A stretch of DNA of 64,000 bases from Nitrospirota bacterium (GTDB taxonomy: Bacteria > Nitrospirota > UBA9217), in NCBI GenBank assembly GCA_963740085.1, contig CAVUCU010000001.1, forward strand, positions 1,184,001 through 1,248,000, written 5' to 3'. Below are positions 11,688 to 21,500 of the stretch, in pieces (position 1 is the stretch's first letter; each line of letters opens with the position of its first letter). A program made the translations under genes and the position numbers. A model generated the notes under the pieces. It was not told the origin of the DNA, made no database searches, and saw nothing but the letters and a program-made list of their open reading frames with translations.

Positions 11688-14600
11688 TCAATCGGCCTTA
11701 TCCTGCAACTTTAACGGCTCCTGAACACGCTTGTCGATTATCTGCTTGATCCTTTGCAGGGTCGGCTTTTGCGGAGGGAAGGCCTTGCCTTTGGTGAGGG
11801 CCGTCCGGGCCTCCTCGCGATAGGCGGCTTCAATGTCCGACGTCACACCATCTGCGAACCGGCGAATCTGCTGATCAAGACCGGGGCCAGAGAGATACCG
11901 TTGGCCGTAGATCTCCTTCGCATTATTATCCACAAAGACCACGGACACCCTCTCGCTACTGATCGGCGCCAGCATAACGGATATCTCTACCTGGACCTGT
12001 CCACCCCGTTCATTGAAAAGAACGAATTGCATTTTTTCGAACAACTCCGATTTCGGCGCAGACTGCGCCAGATATTCGTTCTTTAAAAACCGCCCTGGCG
12101 CGAACCAGGGATATTTAGTCTCGAGATCGGCCATTTCTTTCCTGAATTCCGGCGTTTCATACCTGCCCGCCAGGAACAGTGCATGCGCCGGGTCCACGCT
12201 CCCGGCAGCGGTCGTGTTCGCGGCCCATTTCTTTATCTGCCCCGCCCGGGCCGCCTCGCCTCTCGACGGCACCAGATAGGGCAGGATGCTCTCCCGGTTT
12301 TGCAGGATGGCAGTGAGATTCTTTCCCATGACCGTTGAGTCGCGGATTGAATAGGGAGCGGAGAACTCAAGATAGAGGTTATCATCGGTATTGACGATCG
12401 CTCCCCGGCTGAACTCTTTCATCCCCCTGGTTCCCATCACAAAATAGCTCAGAAAATCCGTGGCCGATCCCATCATGACCCGGCGCAGGTCTTCGGCGAT
12501 CGCAGGCTCGGCGATACGCCTGGCCAAATCAGTTTCATCGATGACGATCGGGGCGTTGCTCCCGACGATCTCCGCGTCATTGTGGGTCAGCCAGAGCATG
12601 GTAAACGGGAAATTCTCCTGAAACGTCTTGACCACGGACTTGACGTTTTCCGGTGTCAGCTCATAGATCGGCAGCCACTGGCACACCATGCCCCCCGGCT
12701 GGAGATGATCGGAGGCCAGCTTGAAATACTCGGTGCTATAGAGATAGCCGGCCCCGCGGAACCAGGGATGGATGGGGTCCGCGGTAATTACATCGAATTT
12801 TTCCCTGGTCGTCATCAGAAAGTTACGGCCGTCGTTGAATACGATCCTCAGCTTTGGATTATCAAGGACGCGATGATTGTATGCTTCGAAGGTCCTGGCA
12901 ACGCCGATGACCTTTGGCTCGATCTCCGCGAGTGTGATCTGCTCGACGCCCGGGTGGACCGATGTCGCGCCAAGGGTCATCCCGCTTCCCGTCCCGACCA
13001 CCAGCACCCGTTTTGGGTCCTTGTTCAGCAGCATCGGCAGATGGCCGAGGGTGAACTGGCACTGCAGGTCAGGAAGATGCGAAGATGCTTCCACCCTCCC
13101 GTTTGTGATGAACGACTGATCTCCGCCCTTTATCCTGATCGAGCTTACAATTGCTTCAACACCCTCGGCATAGTACAGGATGTCGGTATTTGAAATGGCC
13201 TCCCGGATCATCTCGCGAGTTCGAAAATCTTCGGGATGGTTGCTCCGGTATATCGCAAAATAGCTCACGTCCCACATCCTCAGGGCCTGGTGATTGAACG
13301 CGAGGAACAGGAGAGCGGCCGTGGTAAGGGCTGAAACCCCAATGGTCGCGAGCTTAACGTTCATTGCGCTGCAAATGACGAACAGCCCGAAGCCGACGTT
13401 GATGACGATGAACATCTGAAGTGAGCGCTCGATCCCGAAGAGATAGATCATTGCGAAGCCGCTCACGGCTGCACCGAGGATCGCGCCGACCGTGTTATAG
13501 GCAAGCACTTCACCGACCGCGCTCCCGACCAGTTTTTTATGTTCGGCATGCACTCTTCCCGCCAGCGGGAAGGCAAGCCCCATGAAAAAAGCGGGCACGA
13601 ACATATATGAAAACGCAAGAACGAAATCGGCCCATAATTTGGCGCTGAAGAATCCCGGGCTGATCTTGAGGAAAAAATTCTGAAGACCCGCAATGTTCGC
13701 GGGAAGATCGCGGATATACACGGTCACCAGAAGCGCGGTGCCGCCGATGATCACCTGGACGATACCGAACCAGAATATGGCCCTGCCCGGTCCCTTGTCC
13801 CTAATTTTGAAAATCTTTGGAAACAACCCGTACGCTTCGCTGCCCAGGGCGATGCCGGCAAGGAACGCGACGAGCATGATGGTGAAACCGTAGACGCTCG
13901 CCCCGACAACAATGGTGAGAATCCGGGACCAGAGGACTTCGTAGCCGAGTGCGCAGAATCCGCTGACCCCGATCCCCCAGAGAACCAGTTTATAGGGTAT
14001 AAGGAGTCCTGTTTTTTTCTGAAACGAAGACTCCTGCCTGGGAGATGCCGGCATTGCAGGAGAACCGGAAACCTCTGGAGGAAGTACTCCCGCCGCCTTG
14101 TCCTGTAGGAGAATGCTGATAAGGCCGATACTGGCGTTGGTAACGATCGCGATGGAGAGGGTCGTGCTTATTGAATACAACCTCAGAAGGAAAAAACCGG
14201 CTGCCGTCGCGCCCAGGACTGCCCCGAGCGTGTTGAATCCATAGAGAAACGACAGGTGATTTCTCAGGCTTTGCGCGTGATGGGACAAAAACCGCGAAAG
14301 CACGGGCAACGTGCCGCCCATCAGAGTTGTCGGAACGATCAGTGCCAGTATGGAAAAGAGGATACGGATGATAGAGAGATACAGGGGGGAGTCGTCTCGA
14401 CCCCGGGCAAGCGGGATGTAAATGGAAGGATAGATGTTCATCAACCCGACAAAGAGGATGGCTGAGAGCGCTATGCCGAGTTCCAGCATTCCATAGAGAC
14501 GTAACGGTTTCTTGACGTTGTCTACATACCTCCCGATCGCATATCCGCCTATCGCCAGACCTGCCATGAAGATAGAAAGGACCGTCGTTACCGCCAGATG

Positions 14601-14768
14601 GGACCCGCCGAATATGAGGGTCAATGACCGGACCCAGACCACCTGGTAGATCAGCGCGGCGGCGCCGGATAAAAAAAACATCACGTAAATAACTGCCACT
14701 ACGAGTAGACGCATGCTATTCATCTTCCGCGCTTTGTTCTCACTACGTTGAACTCTGGAATGCTGCAT
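11688..14768 (-). CDS. Fused membrane (MFS-like) / spermidine-synthase-fold protein
   Basis: Duplicated TM block (SGAAALIYQVVW / SGFCALGYEVLW), then VVGTGSG, AEIE, NDGR, DPIHPW, CQWLP; start may be 14723. Confidence 0.9.
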   Translation of the reverse strand: MQHSRVQRSENKARKMNSMRLLVVAVIYVMFFLSGAAALIYQVVWVRSLTLIFGGSHLAVTTVLSIFMAGLAIGGYAIGRYVDNVKKPLRLYGMLELGIALSAILFVGLMNIYPSIYIPLARGRDDSPLYLSIIRILFSILALIVPTTLMGGTLPVLSRFLSHHAQSLRNHLSFLYGFNTLGAVLGATAAGFFLLRLYSISTTLSIAIVTNASIGLISILLQDKAAGVLPPEVSGSPAMPASPRQESSFQKKTGLLIPYKLVLWGIGVSGFCALGYEVLWSRILTIVVGASVYGFTIMLVAFLAGIALGSEAYGLFPKIFKIRDKGPGRAIFWFGIVQVIIGGTALLVTVYIRDLPANIAGLQNFFLKISPGFFSAKLWADFVLAFSYMFVPAFFMGLAFPLAGRVHAEHKKLVGSAVGEVLAYNTVGAILGAAVSGFAMIYLFGIERSLQMFIVINVGFGLFVICSAMNVKLATIGVSALTTAALLFLAFNHQALRMWDVSYFAIYRSNHPEDFRTREMIREAISNTDILYYAEGVEAIVSSIRIKGGDQSFITNGRVEASSHLPDLQCQFTLGHLPMLLNKDPKRVLVVGTGSGMTLGATSVHPGVEQITLAEIEPKVIGVARTFEAYNHRVLDNPKLRIVFNDGRNFLMTTREKFDVITADPIHPWFRGAGYLYSTEYFKLASDHLQPGGMVCQWLPIYELTPENVKSVVKTFQENFPFTMLWLTHNDAEIVGSNAPIVIDETDLARRIAEPAIAEDLRRVMMGSATDFLSYFVMGTRGMKEFSRGAIVNTDDNLYLEFSAPYSIRDSTVMGKNLTAILQNRESILPYLVPSRGEAARAGQIKKWAANTTAAGSVDPAHALFLAGRYETPEFRKEMADLETKYPWFAPGRFLKNEYLAQSAPKSELFEKMQFVLFNERGGQVQVEISVMLAPISSERVSVVFVDNNAKEIYGQRYLSGPGLDQQIRRFADGVTSDIEAAYREEARTALTKGKAFPPQKPTLQRIKQIIDKRVQEPLKLQDKAD

Positions 14769-14829
14769 TTATTTTTTTAGAAAAAAATTCACTCCTGCGC
14801 AGGATCATCGCCGGCATGAGCGGAGCTTC

Positions 14830-17800
14830 TCAATCGGCCTTATCCTGCAACGTCATCGGTTCCTGAACGTGCTTGTCGATTATCTGCTTGATCCGTTGCA
14901 ATGCCGGCTCCTGGGAAGGGAATGTCCTTCCTTCGGCGAGGGCCGTCCGGGCCTCCTGACGATAGGCGGCTTCAATGTCCGACATCACGCCATCCGTGAA
15001 ACGGTGAATCTTCGCATCAAGGCCAGGGGCATCGAGATACCGCTGGCCGTAGATCTTCCTCGCGGCATTGTCCACAAACATTACGGCGGCCCTTTCATCG
15101 CTTATGCGCACGATCACGGCGGACAGTTCGACGACAACGTTTTTCCCGCCGGCATCGAGGAGGGTAAGCGGGATCTTTTTAAGCAGCGCCGGTATATGCG
15201 TCAGGGCATCGAGATGCTTTTCCTTGAGATATCTTCCGGGTGCAAACGCCGGATACTTCTTGTCCAATTCCGCTATTACGCTCTGGAACTCGGGTTCGTT
15301 GTCGCGTCCGCCGAGGAACAGGCTCCTCGCGCGGTCCGCTAGCGCGGCGGCCTGTCCGTATGCCCTCCACCTGTTGATCTGTTCTTCGCGGGGTTTGCCC
15401 TCCGGCGCCGGAACCAGATAGGGAAGGATGCTTTCCCGGTATCCGGCGATGGCCCGGGCGTTGCTTACCCATCGTATTGATGCCGACGGCTGCCGGGGTG
15501 GAGAACTCGAGATATAAATTATCGTCGGTATTGATCACGCCGCCGGTTCCGAAAGCGGTCATAGCCTCCGTCCCCATGACAAAATAACTGAGAAAGTCCG
15601 TTGCGGAACCCATCGAGACCCGGCTGAGATTATCATGGATGGCTGGATTGGAAATACGTTGCTGCAGCTCCTGTTCATCGATGAGGATCGGAGAGTTGCT
15701 TCCGATGATCTCCGCGTCATGTTCGGTCAGCCAGGCCATCGTATATTTGAAATGGAGGGAAAACGTTCTTGCAACGGATCTCAGGTCTTTTATGTTCAGC
15801 TCATAGATCGGCAGCCACTGGCACATGATCCCGCCGGGCAGGAGATGTTCCGACGCTATTTTAAAATACTCCTCGGTGTAAAGATATCCCGACCCCTGGG
15901 TCCAGGGATGGATCGGGTCCGCCGTGATCACGTCGAACTTTTCCTTCGTGGTCATCAGGAAGTTCCGGCCGTCATTGAATACGATCCTGAGTTTCGGGTT
16001 GTCGAGCACATAGTTGTTGTATTTTCCAAAGGTCCGCGCGGCGCCCACAACGCTCGGCTCTATTTCCGCAAGAGTCAGTTCCTTAAGGCCCGGATGGACC
16101 GAAACAGCCCCCAAGGTCATTCCGGTCCCGAGACCGACCACCAGCGCTTTTTTGGGGTCCTTATTGAGCAGCATGGGAAGGTGACCGAGGGTCTGCTGGC
16201 ATTGCTGGTCGCCCAGTGACGCCGACGCAACGACCTTTCCGTTCACCAGCACCGCCTGGTTGCCGCCCTTGATCTTGATAACGCTGATGGTCTCGTTCAC
16301 GCCTTCATGGTAATAGAGAACATCGGTGTTCTCAATGGCGTCCTTTTTCTTTTCGGGCGTGTCAAAGGCATCCGGCTGATTGTTCCTGAGTATGGCGAAG
16401 TATTTTGCGTCCCACATCCTGAAGGCGTTCTGATCGAGGGCAAGATACAGGACCGACGCCAGCATAAGGGCGCCGGCAGTCGCGCTCACGGCCGGTCTGT
16501 CAAGAAGACTCAACATGATGAGGGACCCGAGCCCCATGTTGATGATGGTCAGCAATTGGAGGGACCGTTCTATGCCGAACACGTAGATCAGGACAAAGCC
16601 GCTGACAGCCGAGCCGAGGATCGCGCCGACGGTATTAAAGGTGAGGACACTTCCGACCGCGCGGCCGATGTCCCTTCTGAAGACTGCCGTCACGTCGCCG
16701 GCCAGGGGAAAGGCAAGGCCCATGAAGAAGGAAGGGACGAGCATGTAGGAGAATGCAAGCGTCATATTTGCCCACTGCCGGGCATCAAAGGCGTTCAGCC
16801 CCGTATGGGCAAAGTATTTTAACAGAAAGAGAGAGTGAACGGGCAGCTCGCGGATGGAGATCGTGACCGCCAGGGCAGCGGCGCCGATCATGAACTGCAC
16901 CGCTCCGAATCCAAGGATCCGGTTCCGCATTCTGTTGGCCGCCGGGAGGAGCACGTTGAAGATGGGGCCGAAGGCATTGCTGCCCAGCGCTATTCCGGTC
17001 AGGAAGGCGATGAGCATGATGGTAAAGCCGTAAACGCTCGTCCCGATCGTCAGGGTCAGGATCCTGGTCCAGAGGACCTCATACCCGAGGGCGCAGAATC
17101 CGCTGACGCCGATGCCGAAGAGGACCAGCTTCGCGGAACGGCGATATGCCGGCGCATCGCTGTCGGACTGCGGGCTTCGCGCGGGTACGGCAGGCTCCCT
17201 TCCGGAACTCCCCGTCTTCCGCATTGCTCCGGCCGGGGCCTCCTCCGTTCGCTCAGGAAGTAAGACACCGGCAAGTCCGATCAGAAGGTTGATCACTATG
17301 GCCGTTAAGAGTGCGGCGCTGACCGAAAAATACCGCAGGAGGAAAAAACCCGCTGCAGCCGACCCCGCAACGGCCCCCAGGGTATTGAGGCCATAGAGAA
17401 GGGAAAGCCGCGTCCCGATCGTTGATGAATGTCGTGACGCGAATCGTGTCAGGACAGGAAGAGTCCCTCCCATGAGGGTCGTGGGTACGATCAGGGCGAG
17501 GACCGCGAACAGAATGCGTATCACGAAAAGATACAGCCGGTGATCATCCATTCCCTGCGCAAGGAAGATGTACGCGGCAGGATAGATCTTCATCAAGGCG
17601 ATGAACGCCAGGGCGGAAAGGGCGATGCCGAGCTCGAGGTAGCCGTACAGCCTCAGCGGTCTTTGCACTGCGTCGACGCGCCTGCCGATAAGGTAGCTGC
17701 CGAGTGCCAGCCCCCCCATGAAAACCGACAGGACGGCGGTGACCGCCAGATGGGTGCCGCCGAAGACAAGGCTCAACGAACGAACCCAGACGACCTCATA

Positions 17801-17899
17801 TATCAGCGCCGCCGCGCCGGACAGAAAAAACATGAGGTAAATAACGCCTGATAAAAGAATACGCATGAGTGACCCTCTCCTTGTTTTCTCGCCTGTCAT
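14830..17899 (-). CDS. Second fused membrane (MFS-like) / spermidine-synthase-fold protein (one frameshift)
   Basis: Paralog of 11688..14768; ORFs 15179..17899 and 14830..15267 join on removing one base near 15465, restoring RESILPYL. Confidence 0.88.
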
Positions 17900-17938
17900 G
17901 TGGACGCCAGTGAGCTGTTATCACGTTGCAGCCCGGTG

Positions 17939-17967
17939 ATTATACCACTGCATAATGAGGAACTCAA
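17939..17967 (-). promoter_or_regulatory. sigma70-type promoter for the downstream modification genes
   Basis: TTGAGT-N17-TATAAT with extended TG, 40 bp upstream of 17899. Confidence 0.6.
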
Positions 17968-18179
17968 TCACGTTTGGCCGGATTTTTTGAACGCATGACT
18001 GCCCGATAGCGACAGTGTATTTTCAGCCTATAAACGGCGGCTAGCCAACCCCTCACTCGTTTATGGCCGCGTTTTCGTAGCCTGCTGTTGGCCATATCGT
18101 GGCCACAGGTAAGAGCAGGATGCGGTATCACTCGTAAACGCTGGTCGCAGGCAGAAAGCAGATGATCCTAAAAATCCAT

Positions 18180-18408
18180 TTAACCGCAGAGAACGCAGAG
18201 AAAAAACAGGAAGCTTTTGTTAGAATCTGATTCACCGTATCGTTGAAACACTTGCGTTCCCCTGTACTTGCTTTGTTTTGGCGTACTGTGCGGAAGTGCT
18301 AGGTGGCTGCTTTTCTTTCTCCTGTAAAACCCCTCACCATTTTGGTGATGCGATTTTATTACTCAACCGTTTGATTTTTCTTTGTGTCTTTGTGATCTCT
18401 GCGGCTAA
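18180..18408. repeat. Intergenic 9-mer-periodic palindrome
   Basis: ttaaccgcagagaacgcagag (18180-18200) pairs with ctttgtgtctttgtgatctctgcggctaa (18380-18408). Confidence 0.7.
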
Positions 18409-18470
18409 ATGATCTTTTTAGGTCCAGCTCTTGTCCGTTCACCTCCGGGGCCGGGCCTCGAAACTTTCAT

Positions 18471-18501
18471 AAAAAAAGGCCGGACCATGAGGTCCGGCCT
18501 G
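18471..18501 (-). terminator. Rho-independent terminator after the surface protein gene
   Basis: Stem aggccggacc / ggtccggcct followed by a T7 run on the minus strand. Confidence 0.8.
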
Positions 18502-18528
18502 CTCGGTCTTACAAGGCTGATAGAGGCA

Positions 18529-21500
18529 TCAAGGGACAATATCCAGATCGAACGTTGCGCTGATCGTGTGGTTCGCCTGGACGTTGACGAACGTGTAGGA
18601 AGTCGTCGCGCCGATCGAGACCCCGTCCACCTGCACGTCAAGAACGTGATACCCTGCATCCGGGGTGATGGTGAACAGTTTGCCGGTTCCGCCGAGCACG
18701 GTGCTGATGCCCGCCGGCGAGATGCTGCCGTGCTGACCGCTAACCATATCATCCGGGGCCGTGATGGTGTACGTCGTGTTCTCCGCAAATGTCGCCGAGA
18801 TGGTGTGTGCGGCCGTTACATTCGTGAACGTGTAGCTTGTGATGGCACCCTGAGACAGGCCGTCAACAAGGACATCCGCAACATGGTATCCCGCCATCGC
18901 CGGAGCGATGGTGAAGGTCTGGCTTCCGCCGTATGACACGGAGACGCTGCCGGAGGGCGATATGCTTCCATAAGAGCCCGCGCTCGCTGTTATCGCATTG
19001 GTGATGACCTGGAAATACGCCTTGATCGTGTGGTTTGCAGTGATGTTCGTGAAAGTGTAGCTCGTTACCGCGCCCAGATCGATAGTGGTGTCGACCACGA
19101 CGCGCGAGATCATATACCCCGTCGCCGGCGCGATGGTGTAGGTCTGGGTTCCGCCCTTGGCCACAATGACATCACCCGCGGGCGTGATGCTGCCGCCGGC
19201 GTAGGCTATCGATGAAAGGGTATAGTTATCCAGCTCGAAGGTCACGCTGATCGTGTGGTCCGCGGTTACGTTGATGAAATTGTAGATGCCCTGTGCTCCC
19301 ACGAAGGTTCCGTCAACAAGCACGGATTGCACACGGTATCCGGCTGCCGGCGTCATGGTGAACTTCTGGGTCGCGCCGTTTGGCACGGAGACGCTGCCGG
19401 ACGGCGATATGCTGCCGTTCGGGCCCGCGCTTGCCGTGATGATGGATGGCGGGTTCTGCGCAAAGGTTGCCGCGATGGTGTGTGCGGCCGTTACATTCGT
19501 AAAGGTGTAGCTCGTGACGGCGCCGACCGACGCCCCGTCAACAAGGACGTCCGCTACATGGTATCCGGTTGCCGGCGTAATGGTGAATATCTGGTCGGAT
19601 CCAAGCGGCACGGAAACGTTGCCGGAAAGCGCTATGCTTCCATTGGCACCCGCGCTCGCCGTTATCGTGTAGGTAAACACCGTGAAGGTGGCGTCGATCG
19701 TGTGGTCTGCGGCCACGTTCGAAAACGTGAAGCTGGTGACCGCGCCCTTGGACGCGCCGTCAACCACCACGTTCAGCACCTGATACCCGGCATCCGGCAG
19801 GATCGTGTAAGCCTGGCTGAATCCGGGACTCACTATGGTCGGACCATCCGGCGAGATGCTTCCATGAACGCCCGCTGTGGATGTGATGGTATAGACGTTC
19901 AGCGTAAAGGTCGCACTGATCGTGTGGTTCGCCTGGACATTGGTGAACGTGTACGTCGTCCTCGCGCCCACCGATGCGCCGTCTATGAGCACGTCGCGCA
20001 CCCGGTAGCTTGAATCAGACGGGGTGATGGTGTAACTCTGACCGGCGCCGCCGAACACCGTGCTGATACCCGACGGCGATATGGATCCGTTCGACCCGGC
20101 AGTGGCCGTGATCTGGTATGGCGGATTCGATGCAAATGAGGCATCGATGGTGTGTACCGCCGTGACATTCGTGAAGGTGTAGCTCGTGACCGCGCCCTGA
20201 GACACGCCGTCAACGAGGACGTCCGCTACATGGTATCCCGCCACCGGCGTGATGGAGAACGTCTTGCTGCCGCCGTATGCCACGGAGGCGCTGGCCGTTA
20301 TGCTTCCATTGGGGCCGGCGCTCGCTGTTATCGGGTACATGATGGCTATAAAATACGCTTTGATAGTGTGGTCCGCGGTCACGTTCGCTACGGTGTAGCT
20401 CGTGACCGCGCCCTTGGACGCGCCGTCGACGACTATATACCTCACCTCATACCCGGTATTCGGGGTGAGCGTAAAGGTCTGGCTGTCGCCCCTGTTCACG
20501 ACAATATCACCCGAAGGCGAGATGCTGCCGCCGAGATATGCCGAGGCTGTAAGAGTGAAGACGTCCGGCGTGAAGGTGACGCTGATCGTATGGTCTCCCA
20601 TGACGTTGGTGAACCGGTAGAGCGCGGATGGACCGCTGGCAATGCCGTCAATGATCACGGAGAGCACGCGGTATCCTGCCGCGGGCGTGAAGGTGAAGGT
20701 CTGGCTCCCGTTGCTCGGAACAGAGACCGCGCCTGAGGGCGATATGGTGCCGTTCGAGCCCGCGCTTGCCGTGATGACCGGTGAGGGAGGAGTCCGGACA
20801 ATGGACAGCGGGCCGGCTGCGTACGCATTGACAACGGTTGTCCCGTCATCGATCCTGGCGTACACGTAATATTGTCCTGCAGCAAGCGAAGTGATGTCCC
20901 AGGTATAGCTGCTGACGGGATCGGACAGGTGCATGCCCGTCGCGATCTGGGTGCCGCTGAAACCGCTGCCGGTCGTGTCGTAGAAGAGCGTGATCAGAGG
21001 ATCGCTGTCCGGATCGGACGCTGTCCAGGTAATGGTGTAACTCATTTCATTCGTGGAATCCGCCGGGCCCGGCTTGATCAGGGTGATGCTGGGAGGATCA
21101 TTGATCCCCTTGTCGTTCACGAAGAACGAGCCTGCCGTCATCCAGCCGCTGGCCAGACCGTGCTCGTCCCGTGCCTGTGCCCTCCACCAATACCGGGTGT
21201 TGTCCGAAAGCGCCGGTGCTACCGTCCAGCTGTTTCCGGCGCCGGTGATGGATGTTACTCTCGAGGTAAGGCCGCTGTCGGAATAGACCTCATACTCATA
21301 GGTGATGCTGTCCTTGTCCGGATCAACGGAGGCATTGACCTGGAGTGTGGGGGCCAGGACCGTCACCCAGCTGAGATCGGCAGGGCCATGGAGCGTAGGC
21401 ACGCTCGGGGCCTCATTGACCGTGTTTACAAAGAAGTTCGCGGTGACCCAGGGGCCGTCCGCAAGGCCGTCATTCGCCTTCGCTCTCCAGTAGTAGGTGG

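Noticed and set aside
18529-20760. Long plus-strand ORFs over the repeat protein genes (also 62018-63397)
   Set aside because: Antisense shadows of repetitive, codon-biased minus-strand genes
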